Part shown: positions 14,691 through 27,950 of the stretch, piece by piece
Numbering within the stretch: position 1 is the stretch's first letter
How the letters are laid out: each line of letters starts with the position of its first letter
Program-made: the position numbers and the translations under genes
Origin: Girardia tigrina
Taxonomy: Eukaryota
Reading direction: 5' to 3'
Length of the DNA stretch: 55,990 bases
Assembly (NCBI GenBank): GCA_001938485.1
Contig: MQRK01242253.1
Span: 69,028 to 125,017, forward strand
Notes under the pieces: generated by a model
The model's database searches: none
Told to the model about the DNA's origin: nothing
The model's input: the letters and a program-made list of their open reading frames with translations, nothing else

Positions 14691-15170
14691 AAAATGACAA
14701 ACGATTGTACGTAAACACGGGATTGTCTGTACCAAAAAGAAACACAATCTCTAACGAAGCCTTATGTTTGGTTCCCACTTTCCAAGTTTCTAAAGAAATT
14801 AGGTTTGCGATATATAATGAGAACATTGAAAATCTTTAATTAAATATTAATTTAGGAATCTCAGGTTAAAATATGGAACAAGCTATCTGAAGAAATTGAG
14901 CCGAAAGCCTTTTCATCAGATTTAGTAAACAAAAATGTGTTATTTAAAACAATTTTATCTTATATATATATATACAAATAATATATTTTTAATCCAAACA
15001 TTTATTTATTTAAGGTATTGATTTTGTTGAATGAATGACGACATATAAAGTAAAATCATTACAATATTATGTTTTTATTATTAGTATTTTACATAGAGAT
15101 CCTGGATTTTGACACATGTTCTTCAGTATATCACATCGAATATCATAGAAAATATCAACAGAGAGTATTG
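14691..15170 (+). pseudogene. Cluster of exon-like segments separated by GT-AG introns, frames not fully consistent
   Basis: Acceptors at 14690, 14855 and ~15096, with a 53-nt GT-AG intron at 14803-14855. Peptides such as ESQVKIWNKLSEEIEPKAFSSDL and RSWILTHVLQYITSNII. Confidence 0.25.
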
Positions 15171-16266
15171 GTACACAGATGTTCTAAAATCTGAAATCAT
15201 ATCACATCGGAAACATTGAATTCAAAATATTATTATAAAAGAATAGTTATAATACCGGAGAAAAATGAATTGTTTTCACAGTACTAGTAGTATTCTTTAA
15301 AAAGGATAATTAACTTTTGTAGCATGCATCACTTTTATCAAATGTGTACCTTACTACATCCTCCAGTTTCATTTAAACTAGGGTTAATATCTTATATAAT
15401 TGACAAACGTAGAAGATTCTCTAATTTGAACCTTTTTTGAGTATAAAATGAACGCTTTATAATTATGAGCTATATGAAGAAAATAATGATAAAAATAAAC
15501 AAGATAGTAAAATCAAGTGAGAAAGAAACCAATTTTTAAATCTCCTAAGGTATTTATAAACTACATTTTAGATTGACCTTTCTGGAAACTTACATGATGC
15601 ATTGTGCGTCCAGTAGGAAACATAATGTTACTGATTATCCTACATCCTCAAATATGTACTAAAGTATCACAATGATAAAAGGACAAAAAAATTAATTTTT
15701 ACAATCATCATAATTTATGTATCTGAACAGTCCAAATTTAATTAACTCAATTTAAATTTAGGAATAATTCACTCAAATTAGATATGTTGACTTAGATTCA
15801 ATGTTAAAGTAAAACAATGATCAAATAAATTTCTAGTTATCAATAATTAACACATTCAATACAAAATATTTAAATGCAGTTGTTCAAGACAATTATTTAT
15901 GCAAGATATAAGAAACTAAATATAATTACTTTTCTATACAATTTTTATGAAGAAAATTTTTAATTTCATTGGCAAATGGATTTGGAGATCAATTTGAATA
16001 GAAATATTAAAGTGTAATTGATTTAAAATTAAAAATAGAATCAGTTGAAACAACGTACATGAAAAATTTAATAAATCAAACTATACTAAATTAATAATTA
16101 AATACAATTAAATAACTTCAATGTATAAAAATGTTAATATCAAATACAATTTATATATTAATAAGATAAGCTTTCGAACAACAACAAAGTTTGTAATCAT
16201 AAAGAGGATCTTTTTAAACATGCTCCTAATTTCTTAATTCAACACAAACTCGTAAAATCAAATTAC

Positions 16267-18084
16267 CTTTTTCCTGAAAATTAGATAAAAATAGGCAAAT
16301 CATTGCTTCTACGCAAGAACGGTTTGAAAAAAATACACCTAAAATATCCAAATGGTTATTTATGACAATAAAAGATTTTCCTTTACAACGTACCGTATGT
16401 TTTGATTTCTTACCTATTTTATCATTTATGATAAAAATAAACAGTGAAAGTTCAAATATTTGCTCTTTACTTCTGTCTTCATGAACTCTATAAATTTTGA
16501 AAAATTCGTTCCAAAAGACAAGAAAAGGATAGTATTACAGTTTGTCCTTTAAAAAATGTCGTTTTCACAAATCCAGATAATAGAGAAATAACTTTGTACT
16601 AATGACATTCAAAAATATAATTACAAAAAAATACCATGATGCTGAATTATCAGATGGCAGTGGTGTTTCAGTTTATCAAACTCATGTCTCATGATCTCAC
16701 TACTCATATTCTCCTTGGAATCTTCCAGGAAGGTTTCCAAGGAATGAGAATCAACGAAGACGATATTTGTACGACGCATTTACAGGAGAGGGAATATGAA
16801 GCGGTCGCAAATGTTAATGTCAGGAGAGTATGGGGGTTGGTCAAGACGATGACAATGTTTCGTCTCCAGGAAGGTGGTAGTTGCCCTGGATACATGGACA
16901 GCGTCGCATTTTCCAATTGGACGGCTTTTCTTGTCTGTCGCAGTTGGTGGGTGTTATAGGAATTGAAGGTGTCCTGTAGGAATGCTATGTACACCAGTGA
17001 CGTCACCCTGGTATTGTAAGACATTACGCGGAAAAAATGAAGACCGTCGAAGTTGGCAGCCCAAAGAACCATCAACTTCATCTTTGAGGAACATCACCAT
17101 CCAAGGGAATTCAAGCTTTCCTGGAAGCTGCGTTCCCAAATCCACGCGAATAAAATTGCTTTTCATCAGTAAAGACGAGGTTTCTCTGCATGTTTCTTTT
17201 TTCCATCGCCTCTACAATTTTCTGGCAGGAATTCACTCTACGTTCTTTGTGCGCATCAGTCAGATTGTGTGGAATGCACTTGCGATGAATACTGCGAAAT
17301 CCAAGATCGTTGTGGATGATGTCCATAATCATCTGTCTTGACGCATCAAATTTGGTAGATAAATCTCTAATAGACATTCGAGAGTCAGCTAATCATTCAG
17401 TCTTCACTTCCTCAACTAATTGCAGTCTTTTCTCGGTTTTTGGACGACCACTTCCTTCAATGCGATCAAATGATATTCTCGTGCCATCTTCAAACTCTTT
17501 CATTATTCTTTGAACTTGTCGAAGTCCGATTATATTTTCCCCCATGCCGTTGTAAAACGTTCATATGTTTTGCTTCCCTGCATTCCATTTCTGCAACAGG
17601 TTTCAATCACAACGTTTCGCTGCTTAGCAGACGGTTGCAGCATACTGTACTGTAAATACGCGAAAGATGATAAAATCTCCATCATAACATAAGTCAGAGG
17701 ACGAATATAATGACTATAAATTGAATCAATCCCTTTAAGGTGATAAAAATGCGGCTCTCTAAGAAGACAACAATTGAAAACTATGTGGTGTTTTACAATC
17801 CCTTTGAGCGGGTGTTGATAACTGGATTGGCTCACAAATTCATTTAAAGATCCTTTAGGTTTCAAATCTTCTCCATAATTTATAGATGACCATGTTACTG
17901 CTTTATCTGTTTGGTTAAGTCGTACATTCAGAACTGATTTCTTTTGTTTCTCAAAATTTACTATACCGTAAGAATACACAGAAATAGTAATTAAAGTTGG
18001 AGAATTGATATCAAAGTAAAAGTTGATCTTTTTACAGGTGCTTAGACAAATGAGCATAATTATTAAAACAATATAGTACATCAT
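16267..18084 (-). pseudogene. Signal-peptide-bearing spliced host gene interrupted by a Tc1/mariner insertion
   Basis: ORF from 18084 starts MMYYIVLIIMLICLSTC (signal-like). Beyond the element an open segment ends at G|GTAAGA, then a 33-nt intron (16381-16413) and a phase-matched 114-nt exon (16267-16380) ending G|GTAATT. Confidence 0.5.
16538..17780 (-). mobile_element. Degenerate Tc1/mariner-superfamily transposon (DDxD)
   Basis: Frameshifted transposase: EGSGRPK, MSIRDLS, CIPHNLT, VFTDEKQFY, QPPYSPDINICD. TA-CAGTTTGTCC terminus at 16536-16547. The other end is approximate. Confidence 0.85.
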
Positions 18085-19489
18085 GTTTTAGGTTGAGAAC
18101 AAATTACTGCAAATAAAATTTACTTGTGTATTAAAACAAATTTTGATTTATACATTCTTGGAGCGGAAATTGATTCTATTGACCAAACATTTTGCCTGTT
18201 TTTTAATTTTAAAAAATAAATTAAATAAATAAATATTTGCCATTTAAAATAAATTAAGTAAATAAATAACATCATAAAATAAAATTTAAATAATAAAATA
18301 AAATAAAGTTAAATCAGTAAGTAAATTAAAATAAATAATTAAATAAATTAAATTAAACAACATTAATAATTTTTAAAATTAAATAACTTTAAAAAACCAT
18401 CACTTTCATATGGTTTCGTGATGGTGTATAGGTGAGTTGATTGGTTATAAAATTCAAATTGTCGCTCAACGATATTCACGAAAACTACTTCCGACGACAT
18501 AATCGTTTCGAAATTAATTCAGTCGATTATAACAAATTTCTCGAACAAATTTCAAAGGATCCTTATCAAAATCGGTCGCTTGAATAAATGGGTAAAATCA
18601 ATATGAGTGAGGAAAATCGAGTATGTGTGTTGTCTGTAAAGAAAAGGTTGATCAATAGCGTGTGTGTTAAAATGTGATATGTATGTTTGTATATATGATT
18701 GAATATAATTGAGTGTATGTGTGTATGGCTTTGTTTGATTGTGAGAATTTGATTGGTGTTTGTGTTTAAAGGTTTTTATTTGTAAAAAAAATTTTTGTCA
18801 CTATGAGGGGTTAATTTAAATTTTCATCTCGCCAGAATAATTTATTATTTTTTTAAAAGGTAAAATATTTTAATGTTAATATGCTTATTCAATATTTTAA
18901 AATTAAAAAAATAAAATACGTATTTAAGAATAAAATATGTTTTAATGTGTTTTATAAATATTTTTGAAAAAAATTAAAAATGATATAATAAAAGAAAATC
19001 ATAAAAAAATTAAATATCTATTTAAAAATAAAAAATATCTTTTTAATGTATCTATTACATATCTTAAAATTAAAAATGATAAGAAAACCATTAAATATTT
19101 ATTTATAATTAAAAATATTTTTATTGTCATAACAATTTACATATTTTAATAGAAGTATTAAGCAATTTAAATAAATTTTTGGTTTTATTGTGAAATGTAT
19201 TTAATAAATTTGCAAGATTTTAAAAATTGAATCGAAAAGAATTTAATAGATTAATTTGTGGCGAAATAATTAAATTAACAGAAAAATTTGTTTTAAATAT
19301 GTGAATTGTTGTTATAATAATAAATTTTGGTGTTAAAAAATGAATTCAGATATTGATGTTGCAACCACCTCGCACAGTAGCAATTAATAAATACAATTTG
19401 TGAAGTGTCGGTTTCGTGAAATTGAAAAATAAATCTGTTCTTACCTTAAAAAGCCTTTTACATTTGTGTTTTAAAATTATTAAATTGAC

Positions 19490-19885
19490 AATTTAACAAA
19501 GATAAAAAAATATATAACTGGTCTTTTAAATTGGTAATTTACAAAGCGATAAATGATCCAGAAAATCTGTGAATCGATCTCTTTAACGATATTAATAAAC
19601 CGAGTGGAGTGTTGGTGATGATCCACGACCCGAATATGTATCCGCATTTTTGGGAAAGTTTTATCGTCGATTCGTTTTCACAAGTAGATTTTAAAACAAT
19701 GACAAAATCGCATTTGAGTTAGTTAAAAAAGTGCGAATCGAATCGAAGTAATTTTACGTATTACGATTTTAAAAAGAATTAGACGAATTTGTTTGTTCAG
19801 TATTATTCAAGCGAATTATTGTGGTTGTCAGTTGCATAAAATGCCGAATTTGGAGAAATATCGTTATTTGCCGTTTTGTTATGAT
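19490..19885 (+). pseudogene. Decayed DEG/ENaC (ASIC/pickpocket-family) channel extracellular-domain fragment
   Basis: SGVLVMIHDPNMYP followed by KKCESNRSNFTYY and, frameshifted, CLFSIIQANYCGCQLHKMPNLENIVIC, the order typical of DEG/ENaC ectodomains. Several in-frame stops. Confidence 0.6.
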
Positions 19886-19893
19886 AAAAATAT

Positions 19894-20120
19894 TTACTTG
19901 ACATCGGAGCGGCTATGAACGTGATAACTGGGAAATTGGCAAGAAATTTTAAGAATTCTACGAGATATAGTAATAATCAGAGATTGACAGTAGATAACGA
20001 GGCACAAATGAATGTTGTAGGAGAAGTTGACTTAATTTGTAGAGTAGGTCAGGCTGAAAGGAAGATAAGGTTTGTAATGGTAGAACAATTAAGACGGCAG
20101 ATGATAGAAGGTGTACCGTT
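19894..20120 (+). mobile_element. Isolated LTR-retrotransposon aspartic protease fragment
   Basis: LLDIGAAMNVIT...LTVDNEAQMNVVGEV...IRFVMV parallels LLDTGAALNVM...LTAANGLKMDVRGEI of the gypsy element at ~23440. Confidence 0.6.
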
Positions 20121-20385
20121 ATTGTTGTGTACCACAAAATTTTACACCACAGACATTACAAAAAATACTTGCTGTGAAAATGTTTATCTGTTCGTGTAAA
20201 AAATTCTTTTCTTTCGGGAAGAAAGTTTGATTTTTACTCTAAAAAATTATTTCATAATGTAAAAAAAAACAATGCACAAATGATTTTGTTTTAGTGATGT
20301 AATTTAATAAAATTTTAAAATGCCGAAACGTCTCGATTTTTTAAAAATCGTTTTTGTCTCAAATTAAATTAAATAAAATTCTAAA

Positions 20386-20801
20386 ATGGTGATTACAATT
20401 GACAATTCCAATTGTGTGAATAAATCGCGATTGTCACCGCCGAAATTCTGCGCAAAGTCGTCGGAGGTTATCGATAAAAAATCGATATTGAGTGATGACG
20501 GTACGTGGTCCGCACCGATCGAGATTGCCGCGGACGCTCAACGAGCAGAACGGTCGACCCGGTGACCCGTCAAATCGACATTTATATCGGTTATTATTCC
20601 AACCGGAACAGTTCAGATCGAATCTCCCATTTTATTCTTCTCATATTTAATAAATTGGTGTCAGAAAAACCAACCGCAACCGACACTCGAGAGTCGGTTC
20701 ACAGACTCCGGCGTTCCGACAACCGGCCGACAACGCCCAAAATATGTCCGAAAAGACACTCCGGTCGACAACAGCCGGACGATCCTAAATCGGATGTGAA
20801 G
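20386..20801 (+). CDS. Candidate first two exons (20386-20500, 20665-20801) of an unidentified gene
   Basis: ATG-initiated 115-nt exon, GTACGT...TCAG intron with matching phase 1, second exon open to AAG|GT. CpG-rich like the EF1-delta 5' exons. TGGTGTCAGAA at 20656 could alternatively be a retroelement PBS. Confidence 0.35.
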
Positions 20802-21365
20802 GTCTGGCTCAATTTCAAAATTTTTGAAGCAATTAATTTTTATAAAGAATTTATAGAGTAAAGAATTATAGAGTAAAAACTTAAAATGAAATTAATTCAG
20901 AAATAATGGATTTTTAAATAATTGATTTAAAAGAAATATATAAAGACAAGGATAATTATGTGTACTAATTTTAAAAGTTATTCTAAAAAATAAAAAACAG
21001 ATAATTTTAAATTTTAAAGTCTGTTTGAAATTCTGCAAATTAAAGATTTAATAAATAAACAGTTTTCGTAAATAGAAATAAATATTAAGACTTTTATCAT
21101 TAATGTATCGTAATAATAATAAAAATTTGAATATTGTAAATTATTTTGTTGTATTTAAATCGTATATAAAATTTGTATGGTATTTAAAATAATTGTATGT
21201 AAAAAATACTTTTAAACTGAAATATTGATAATAAAAAACATTAAAATCTTTAGTAATGTTTCACGAAAAAAGAAATAACATTAAACTTATTCTAAAATAA
21301 TAAAAAAATCATTGTGGTTAATTTTGTAAAAATATGACTATAAAATTATGTTGGTTTTAATTTTA

Positions 21366-21810
21366 TCTTATAAAAGCCCAAGTCACTCACTGCTTCACTA
21401 ACGCTGACGTAGTTACTAAGAATAGATTTTATTGATTATTCACTGTAGTGAGTGTTTTATTAGAATCTAGACATTTNNNNNNNNNNNNNNNNNNNNNNNN
21501 NNNNNNNNNNNNNNNNNNNNNNNNNNNNNNNNNNNNNNNNNNNNNNNNNNNNNNNNNNNNNNNNNNNNNNNNNNNNNNNNNNNNNNNNNNNNNNNNNNNN
21601 NNNNNNNNNNNNNNNNNNNNNNNNNNNNNNNNNNNNNNNNNNNNNNNNNNNNNNACAATCATTTCTTTATTGATTATAAAATCATTTCAAAAATTTACCT
21701 TACAGCGTTAGTGAGGTAGTGAGGCAGGCAGTGAGTGACTTGGGCTTTTATAATATAAAAAAAATTGAACCCCGGCAAGAGAGGGCCGCGAAGCGGGCCG
21801 AGCGCGCTAG
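21366..21810 (+). mobile_element. Non-autonomous Helitron (contains N-gap)
   Basis: Begins A|TC (21365/21366) and ends with GC-rich hairpin GGCCGCGAAGCGGGCC then CTAG|T at 21810, the canonical Helitron termini in an AT target. Confidence 0.7.
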
Positions 21811-21925
21811 TTTATAAATAGTGGAATGTAAATTTTCAGAATAAATAGAATAAAAAAATTTTCAATTTTAAAATAACTTATCAGTTTATTTATATTTATA
21901 ATTTTATTTTTTTATATAAAAAATC

Positions 21926-24557
21926 TGGTCAAAAAGAAAACGAAAAAGTTCCTCGACAAACAATTTTTTATTAAAAAAATTTTTACCTAAAAATTGTTTG
22001 AATAATTGTTAATTGTGTTATTAATAAATTTTTGGTGTTAATGAATTATAATATTGATCAAGAACCCAACATGGCGACCATCGCCAGCAGCTCAGAACAA
22101 CTAATTTCGAGACTTATACCAGACAAATTTAGGCGACAAGATAATGTGGAAACATTCATTTCGGCTTGCGCAAGATACTTCAAAGTGGCCAAAGTATCGG
22201 AAAGTATGCAAGAGATTTTGGTAATTGGTTTATTGTCACACGAACTCGTACCGATATACGAAAGTGTGGGTCCCGAAGTATAGGGATATGAAGCCCGTCT
22301 ACGACAAGCTTTTCAGACGAAAAGCACTTTAATGGATGATTTGATAGAGGCGGTAAACTTCGAGAGATCTGGAGAATCAGTGGAGGAATTCTTCGTTAAA
22401 GCAAAAAAGTTGGCAGCAAAATTGATGAAGCATGAGTGGAAAGAGACGGAGGTAGAGAAATGCCTTCTGATTCACGCGTCAAAAGATAGTGACGTGAAGA
22501 AAGAAACCAGATTTAGAGAAGTGAAAGAATTAGCGGAGGTGAAGAACGTCATTAGGAAAGTAGACGAAGTTCGGAGAATGGAAAAGCCGGTGCACGCAAT
22601 ACGACCAACATATAGAGATGTGGTCAAAACAGGCACGACGACGGAAATGGCAACAAGAAACATGATGAGGAAAGGAGATACTTTCGCAAGACAATCTTCT
22701 ATGCAGAACAATATCACATTTTGGAACTGTAAGGCATTAGGACATAAAAGCTTTGAATGTAAACGTCATAGGAAGATCACATGTCATGCATGTGGAGAAG
22801 AAGGTCATGTGCGATGAGAATGCAAAAAGGTAAGATGTGGAAGATGTAACAATCCAGGACATAGAGCTGAGGAATGTTACACGAATCTGAATAAATGATA
22901 TCAAGGAAGAACGGATTATCAAAGGAGAACCCAAAGAGATAGCTGATTATTCTCAGATTCATAAACGAAAAACCCAGGAAATCGGAACTCAGAAAACTAC
23001 AGAAGAGGATTTGAAAGAGGAAGACAGATCGTGATGATGGAGAAGGAAGAATACCGAGAAGAGCGAGAACATATAGAAAAAACACTAATCGTGCCAAGAC
23101 GACGAGGAACTGATCTTGGCATTGGAGTAAGTTTTCTTAAAGACAGACCAGATCATATAAATTATATATATAGTAGTAATAATTTTAATAATATAAATAA
23201 AATAAATAATAAATAACATAAAATATGAAATTAATGAAAATCAGTCAGAATTCATGAGTGAGCCGAACTTCTATCAGGAACCAGAAACAAGTCACAAAGT
23301 TGCGAAATTCATAAAAAAAGACACGTATGATGAAAGGGAATTGTTGATAATAACGAATTATTAAAATGTACCAATTGTATACAACAGATTAGAGGGTCGA
23401 CCAAGTATCAGAGTCATGATTGAGGACACAGAAATTGAATGTCTATTAGATACTGGTGCAGCCTTAAACGTAATGACAGAAGAAATACTTAAGAAATTGA
23501 AGAACACATGAATGGAACAAACAAATCAGAAATTGACAGCAGCAAATGGATTAAAAATGGATGTTAGAGGAGAAATAGAAACACTGATAAAAATTGGGAA
23601 GAAATCAGAGAAAATAAGATTTATAATAGTAAAGAATTTAAGACCGGACATGATTGGGGGCATGCCATTAATGAAGGAATTAGGAATAGAGCCACAATGG
23701 AAAGAAAATAAGCAACAGAATAAGAGTAACATTAACATATGCGAAATCGAGGCCAAGTTTGCGAAAGGAATCACATTCGAAGACGAGGAAAAGAAGCATT
23801 GAAAATGATTGATACGAGAAATGACAAAGCACTAGAAGAGATAATCCACCAATATCAAGGCATATTCATGGTAAAAGACTGGGATATCGGCTGTAAAAAC
23901 TTGATACGACACAGAATAGAAACAACAGGGGGACCTATAAACATAAAACCAAGAAGACAGCCGATACATTTAGAGGATAAACTTGAGGAAGCAATCAAAA
24001 ATCTAGAGGAAAATGGAATAATAAAGCCATGTAATTCACAATGAAACACACCAATAGTATGCGTTTGGAAAAAAGACAAGGACGAAATCAGACTATGTCT
24101 AGATTTCAGACGGTTAAACCTAATTACAAAGAGACAGGCCAAATATAGCGGAAATGATGGATAGGCTACATGAAACCAAATATTTCAGCACAATAGACTT
24201 AGGAAACGCGTACTACCAGGTAGAATTGGACAAGGAATCACAGCAAAAAAACGGCGTTTTCCACTAAATCAGGACAATTCTGTTTTAAACGGATGCCTTT
24301 CGGGATAGCAGCAGCCCCAGGAACATTTCAGGAACTAATGAAAAAAGTATTAAAACCGATAAAGAAGGGACCATCAGTTTATCTGGACGACATATTAATA
24401 GCAACAAGCACATAAGAAGAACATTATAACGTAAGAAAAGAAGTATTTTGAAGAATAAAGGAGACAGGATTAAAAATCAAACCATCGAAATGTAAAATAT
24501 TACGACAAGAAATAAAATTTTTAGGACACGTTATAAATGATAAAGGGATACAGACAA
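21926..24557 (+). mobile_element. 3'-truncated degenerate Ty3/gypsy retrotransposon (gag with three zinc knuckles, protease, RT)
   Basis: Knuckles WNCKALGHKSFEC, CHACGEEGHVR*EC, CGRCNNPGHRAEEC. Protease LLDTGA. RT motifs RLCLDFRRLN, RMPFG, YLDDILI, KFLGH. Ends before RNase H, with many stops and frameshifts. Confidence 0.92.
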
Positions 24558-25949
24558 TTTCCCATTTTATAAGTATAGTAAAATTTGAGCTTGACCGAAA
24601 AACCGTGATTTAGATGATAAAGAAATTTTGCAAATTTATACCAAATTGATTTTCAGCAATATAATTAGTAAATAAGTGATAAAAATTTAATTGATAGAAA
24701 ATTAATTTTTTATTCATTTTGAAGCACATTTTCTAAAAAAGTGAACGATTATCCCTTTCAAATAATATGTCCGCATATTGCATTTATATAACTGTTGGTT
24801 AATATCATTTATGAATTATTTTTGTAAATAAAATGTTTATTTAAACTGTAACTACTGTATTTATTTGCAATGAAAATATTGATTTTTGTGACGAATAAGC
24901 AAATAATTATGCATAAAATATTTTAAATATCTCTGCTCTAATTTGTCTTAGTACCAAATATGTAAAAAACTATTTTTACTTTAATTATAATGACTAGCTT
25001 GCGCTTATATTGTTTCTAAATATTTATTTTAATTAATTCGTTCGTAATGTAATTAATTCAGTTTCAATATATAAAACCACAAATAAATTAAATAAAAAAT
25101 AACTATGGTTGAAGAAAGCGTAACACAAAAGACTCGTGATTTTACCTGTGGTGCGTCATTTAAATCAATCAAACTCAAGCTAAAGCTTCCATCGGCGTAT
25201 ACGTTTGTATCGATTCCTTCTGCCCATCAACAATCATAATTATTGGATCTTACGAAGGTTTGTTTTTGTTCTCTCATGTTCAAAATTGTTACAAAAGGTT
25301 TACTCGTGATATAAAATTATTTTATCGATCGACATTAACATCGAAATAACAAATTCATTTTTCATTAGATTACTGACTACCGAAATCTATTTAAAAAAAA
25401 ACAAACATTCAAGTTTCTACACTAATAACACCAACATTCAATAACATTTCGCAGAAAATTTTTTGTTTTCCTTCTGTACAAAAAAGCACTGAAAATAAAA
25501 GTTTTAATTTGATGACTCCTCTGAGAATCTACCTACAAGAACCAGATATTCCAATCATTGGTTGTACGAATCAAACATCAACGAGGTGATATGCTAACAT
25601 CTTACTGGAACAATGTATTTTAATTTTTTATTGATATACTTTCAAAACCATGACTGTGGTGCTTCTGTGAAATTAAGATTTAAAAAATATTAATATGAAA
25701 TTAATTATCGGTGTTTTACTAAACTGTTGGTAATAACACAATTTTAAATTTTGAATCTAGTGTAATCTAATAAATGTTTTTAATCGACTCGAATTTTAAT
25801 TCGTATGTCGTCATTTTCGATTCCTATGCGAATGAAACCGGTCGGGCCGGTTTCATGGAAGATGAGCACATGGAACAGACCATTCAAAAGTTTAACAACT
25901 ACATTCTACATTCATGCGCTCCTCCTTCAACGTGTTGTTGTCGCGCCAA

Positions 25950-26195
25950 TGAAATATTCAAACAACTAATTAAAGAATACAAAGTATTTATGATGATACT
26001 TGGATATTGAACTTCAAATCATTCGAAGCATTTCTTGTTGATAGGCATAGAAACACTATAAAGCATAAAAGGCACAATATTCAAGATCCATAAATCCATG
26101 TATTTTTGGTGGCTGATATTCCATTGTGGAAATTAAATAATCGACACTTGAGAAAGCTATTTTCATCTATTGGCTATAATGTACCATGCGAACAC
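25950..26195 (+). mobile_element. CGGBP1-like hAT transposase N-terminal fragment
   Basis: KHFLVDRHRNTIKHKR and FLVADIPLWKLNNRHLRKLF resemble the BED-finger tail and the ADIPLWKL motif of CGGBP1-like transposases. Confidence 0.5.
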
Positions 26196-26239
26196 TTTTC
26201 GATTACAAATACAAGAACTGTTTGAAGGAGAAATAGCAA

Positions 26240-26537
26240 GTTCTTAAGCACCCACCATATTACCCAGGCGTTGCCACATCCGATCATCTTTTTCGGTAGC
26301 TGGAACATTTCCTTCGCGGACGCCGTTTCATTGAAGATGAGCACATGGAACAGACCATTCAAAAGTTTAACATGAAAATGCCAGTTTTACCGCCGTGGAT
26401 TTTCTTGGTACAGCCTCGTTGGAGAAGAAAAATCGAAAGTCATGGAGATTACATTAGTGAAAACTACACTGTTAATGTAAAAATTTTTTATGTGAAATGT
26501 GAATTTACTGACCTGGCATTTCTATTCGGAGCGGATG
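26240..26537 (+). mobile_element. Mariner 3' remnant
   Basis: HPPYYPGVATSDHLFR*LEHFLRGRRF resembles HPPYSPDLAPSDYHLF. Terminus ...ATTCGGAGCGGATG-TA. Confidence 0.75.
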
Positions 26538-27950
26538 TATTCGTCATATTTAAATTATACAAAGCTGCATTAAAAGAAACTGGGTGTGTACGCCTGTTGC
26601 CTATTAGAAATGCACAAAGGTACTTACAAATAACATCATCCATGTCGTTTTACGCTTATCAATGAAAGTTTTTTTGTTAATTTATTATGAATGCAGGATG
26701 TAATAAAGCGCCTTTTGCCAGAAAAAGTTAATACAACCGAATTTTATAAAAGCCGATTTCTGGAAATGGAACGCACAATACAGTACTTATTTTTTTGTGG
26801 TTTTAGTGTTAAATTTAGATTTGTGAAGGCAATTCTCTATTACATTCTGTTTTTTTAATCAATTTATTTTGCACTCTCTTCATCTAGTAAAATCTACATT
26901 TAAATAAAATTACTTTTCAGTCGAGCATGCAATTTCCCATTTCTATGCGGCTGTCCTTTATAAATGGCACTCATAAATGGCGGCAATCATAATTTTATAC
27001 CACATGTCTTACATTAACACAATTTTCTGATGCTGCAAATCTCTCTTTCTACTGATATCAGTAAATTTGTTGAGGGAATATTTTAAAATATATAATATAT
27101 AATTAATTATATTTTTATAATATTTTGATGATTGTTGATTATTGAACATTGAAAACATAAACTGAAAATGTTTATGATATTAATCCCTTAAAATATATAT
27201 TTTATATAAATAAACAAGATATTAAGAAAAGTTGGAGTAAACAAAAAGAATAAGAAAAATAATAAATTAAAAATAAAAAACAGAAATTAAATTAAAAGAA
27301 AGAGAAAATATAAAAGGTCAGTGTTAATTAAGAAAAAAAGTCATTGTTAATTAAGATAGATAACAAAAGCCCAAAGATTTCAAAGATCGAAAGTTTACTC
27401 AATATTAATTATTTATTCAAGACGTCGTCGAGAAAAACGATCTGAAGATCAACAAGTCTACCCCAAGTATTAATTATTTATTCAAGACGTCGTCATTGAG
27501 AAAAACAATCACCAGATATTACTATAAATAAGGGCGATTGAATTCGAATATAGACAACGAAAGTCAAGGCTATTGAACCACACTGCAACGGTGAGATCTA
27601 TAAGAAAGTAATTAATAGAAATTATCAAAAATTATTAAAGATTATTTGTGAACAATTATCGAAAAGTTATTACTAAAAAGCATATATTTGTTATATAACC
27701 ATACTGTAAAATGTGAGTCTTAACATTAAATATCCATTTTTCTGAGTTGTCGCTAAAAGACTCTCAGACAATAAATATAAAATCGGCCAGGGGCCAAATA
27801 AAATACTACTCCTACACACAACATATTAATTTTCTTTTGTAATTAAATTGTAATATAAAAATATATTTTATCAAACAAAATCTACTTGCGTTTTCTGATT
27901 CATTTTAATAAAACATATTAACAACTCAACAAATTAAGTCCATTTAAATA

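Noticed and set aside
18964-19149. K/I/Y-rich short ORF, and similar ones at 36228 and 38884
   Set aside because: Low-complexity AT-rich sequence with no coding evidence.
19480-19580. In-frame TGA codons in the DEG/ENaC-like fragment as evidence of stop-codon reassignment
   Set aside because: The same fragment has TAG stops and a frameshift, and intact EF1-delta uses TGG for Trp. Ordinary decay explains it.
27160-27820. Possible solo LTR with TATA-like and AATAAA motifs and an internal ~27-bp direct repeat
   Set aside because: No definable termini, TSD or partner LTR.
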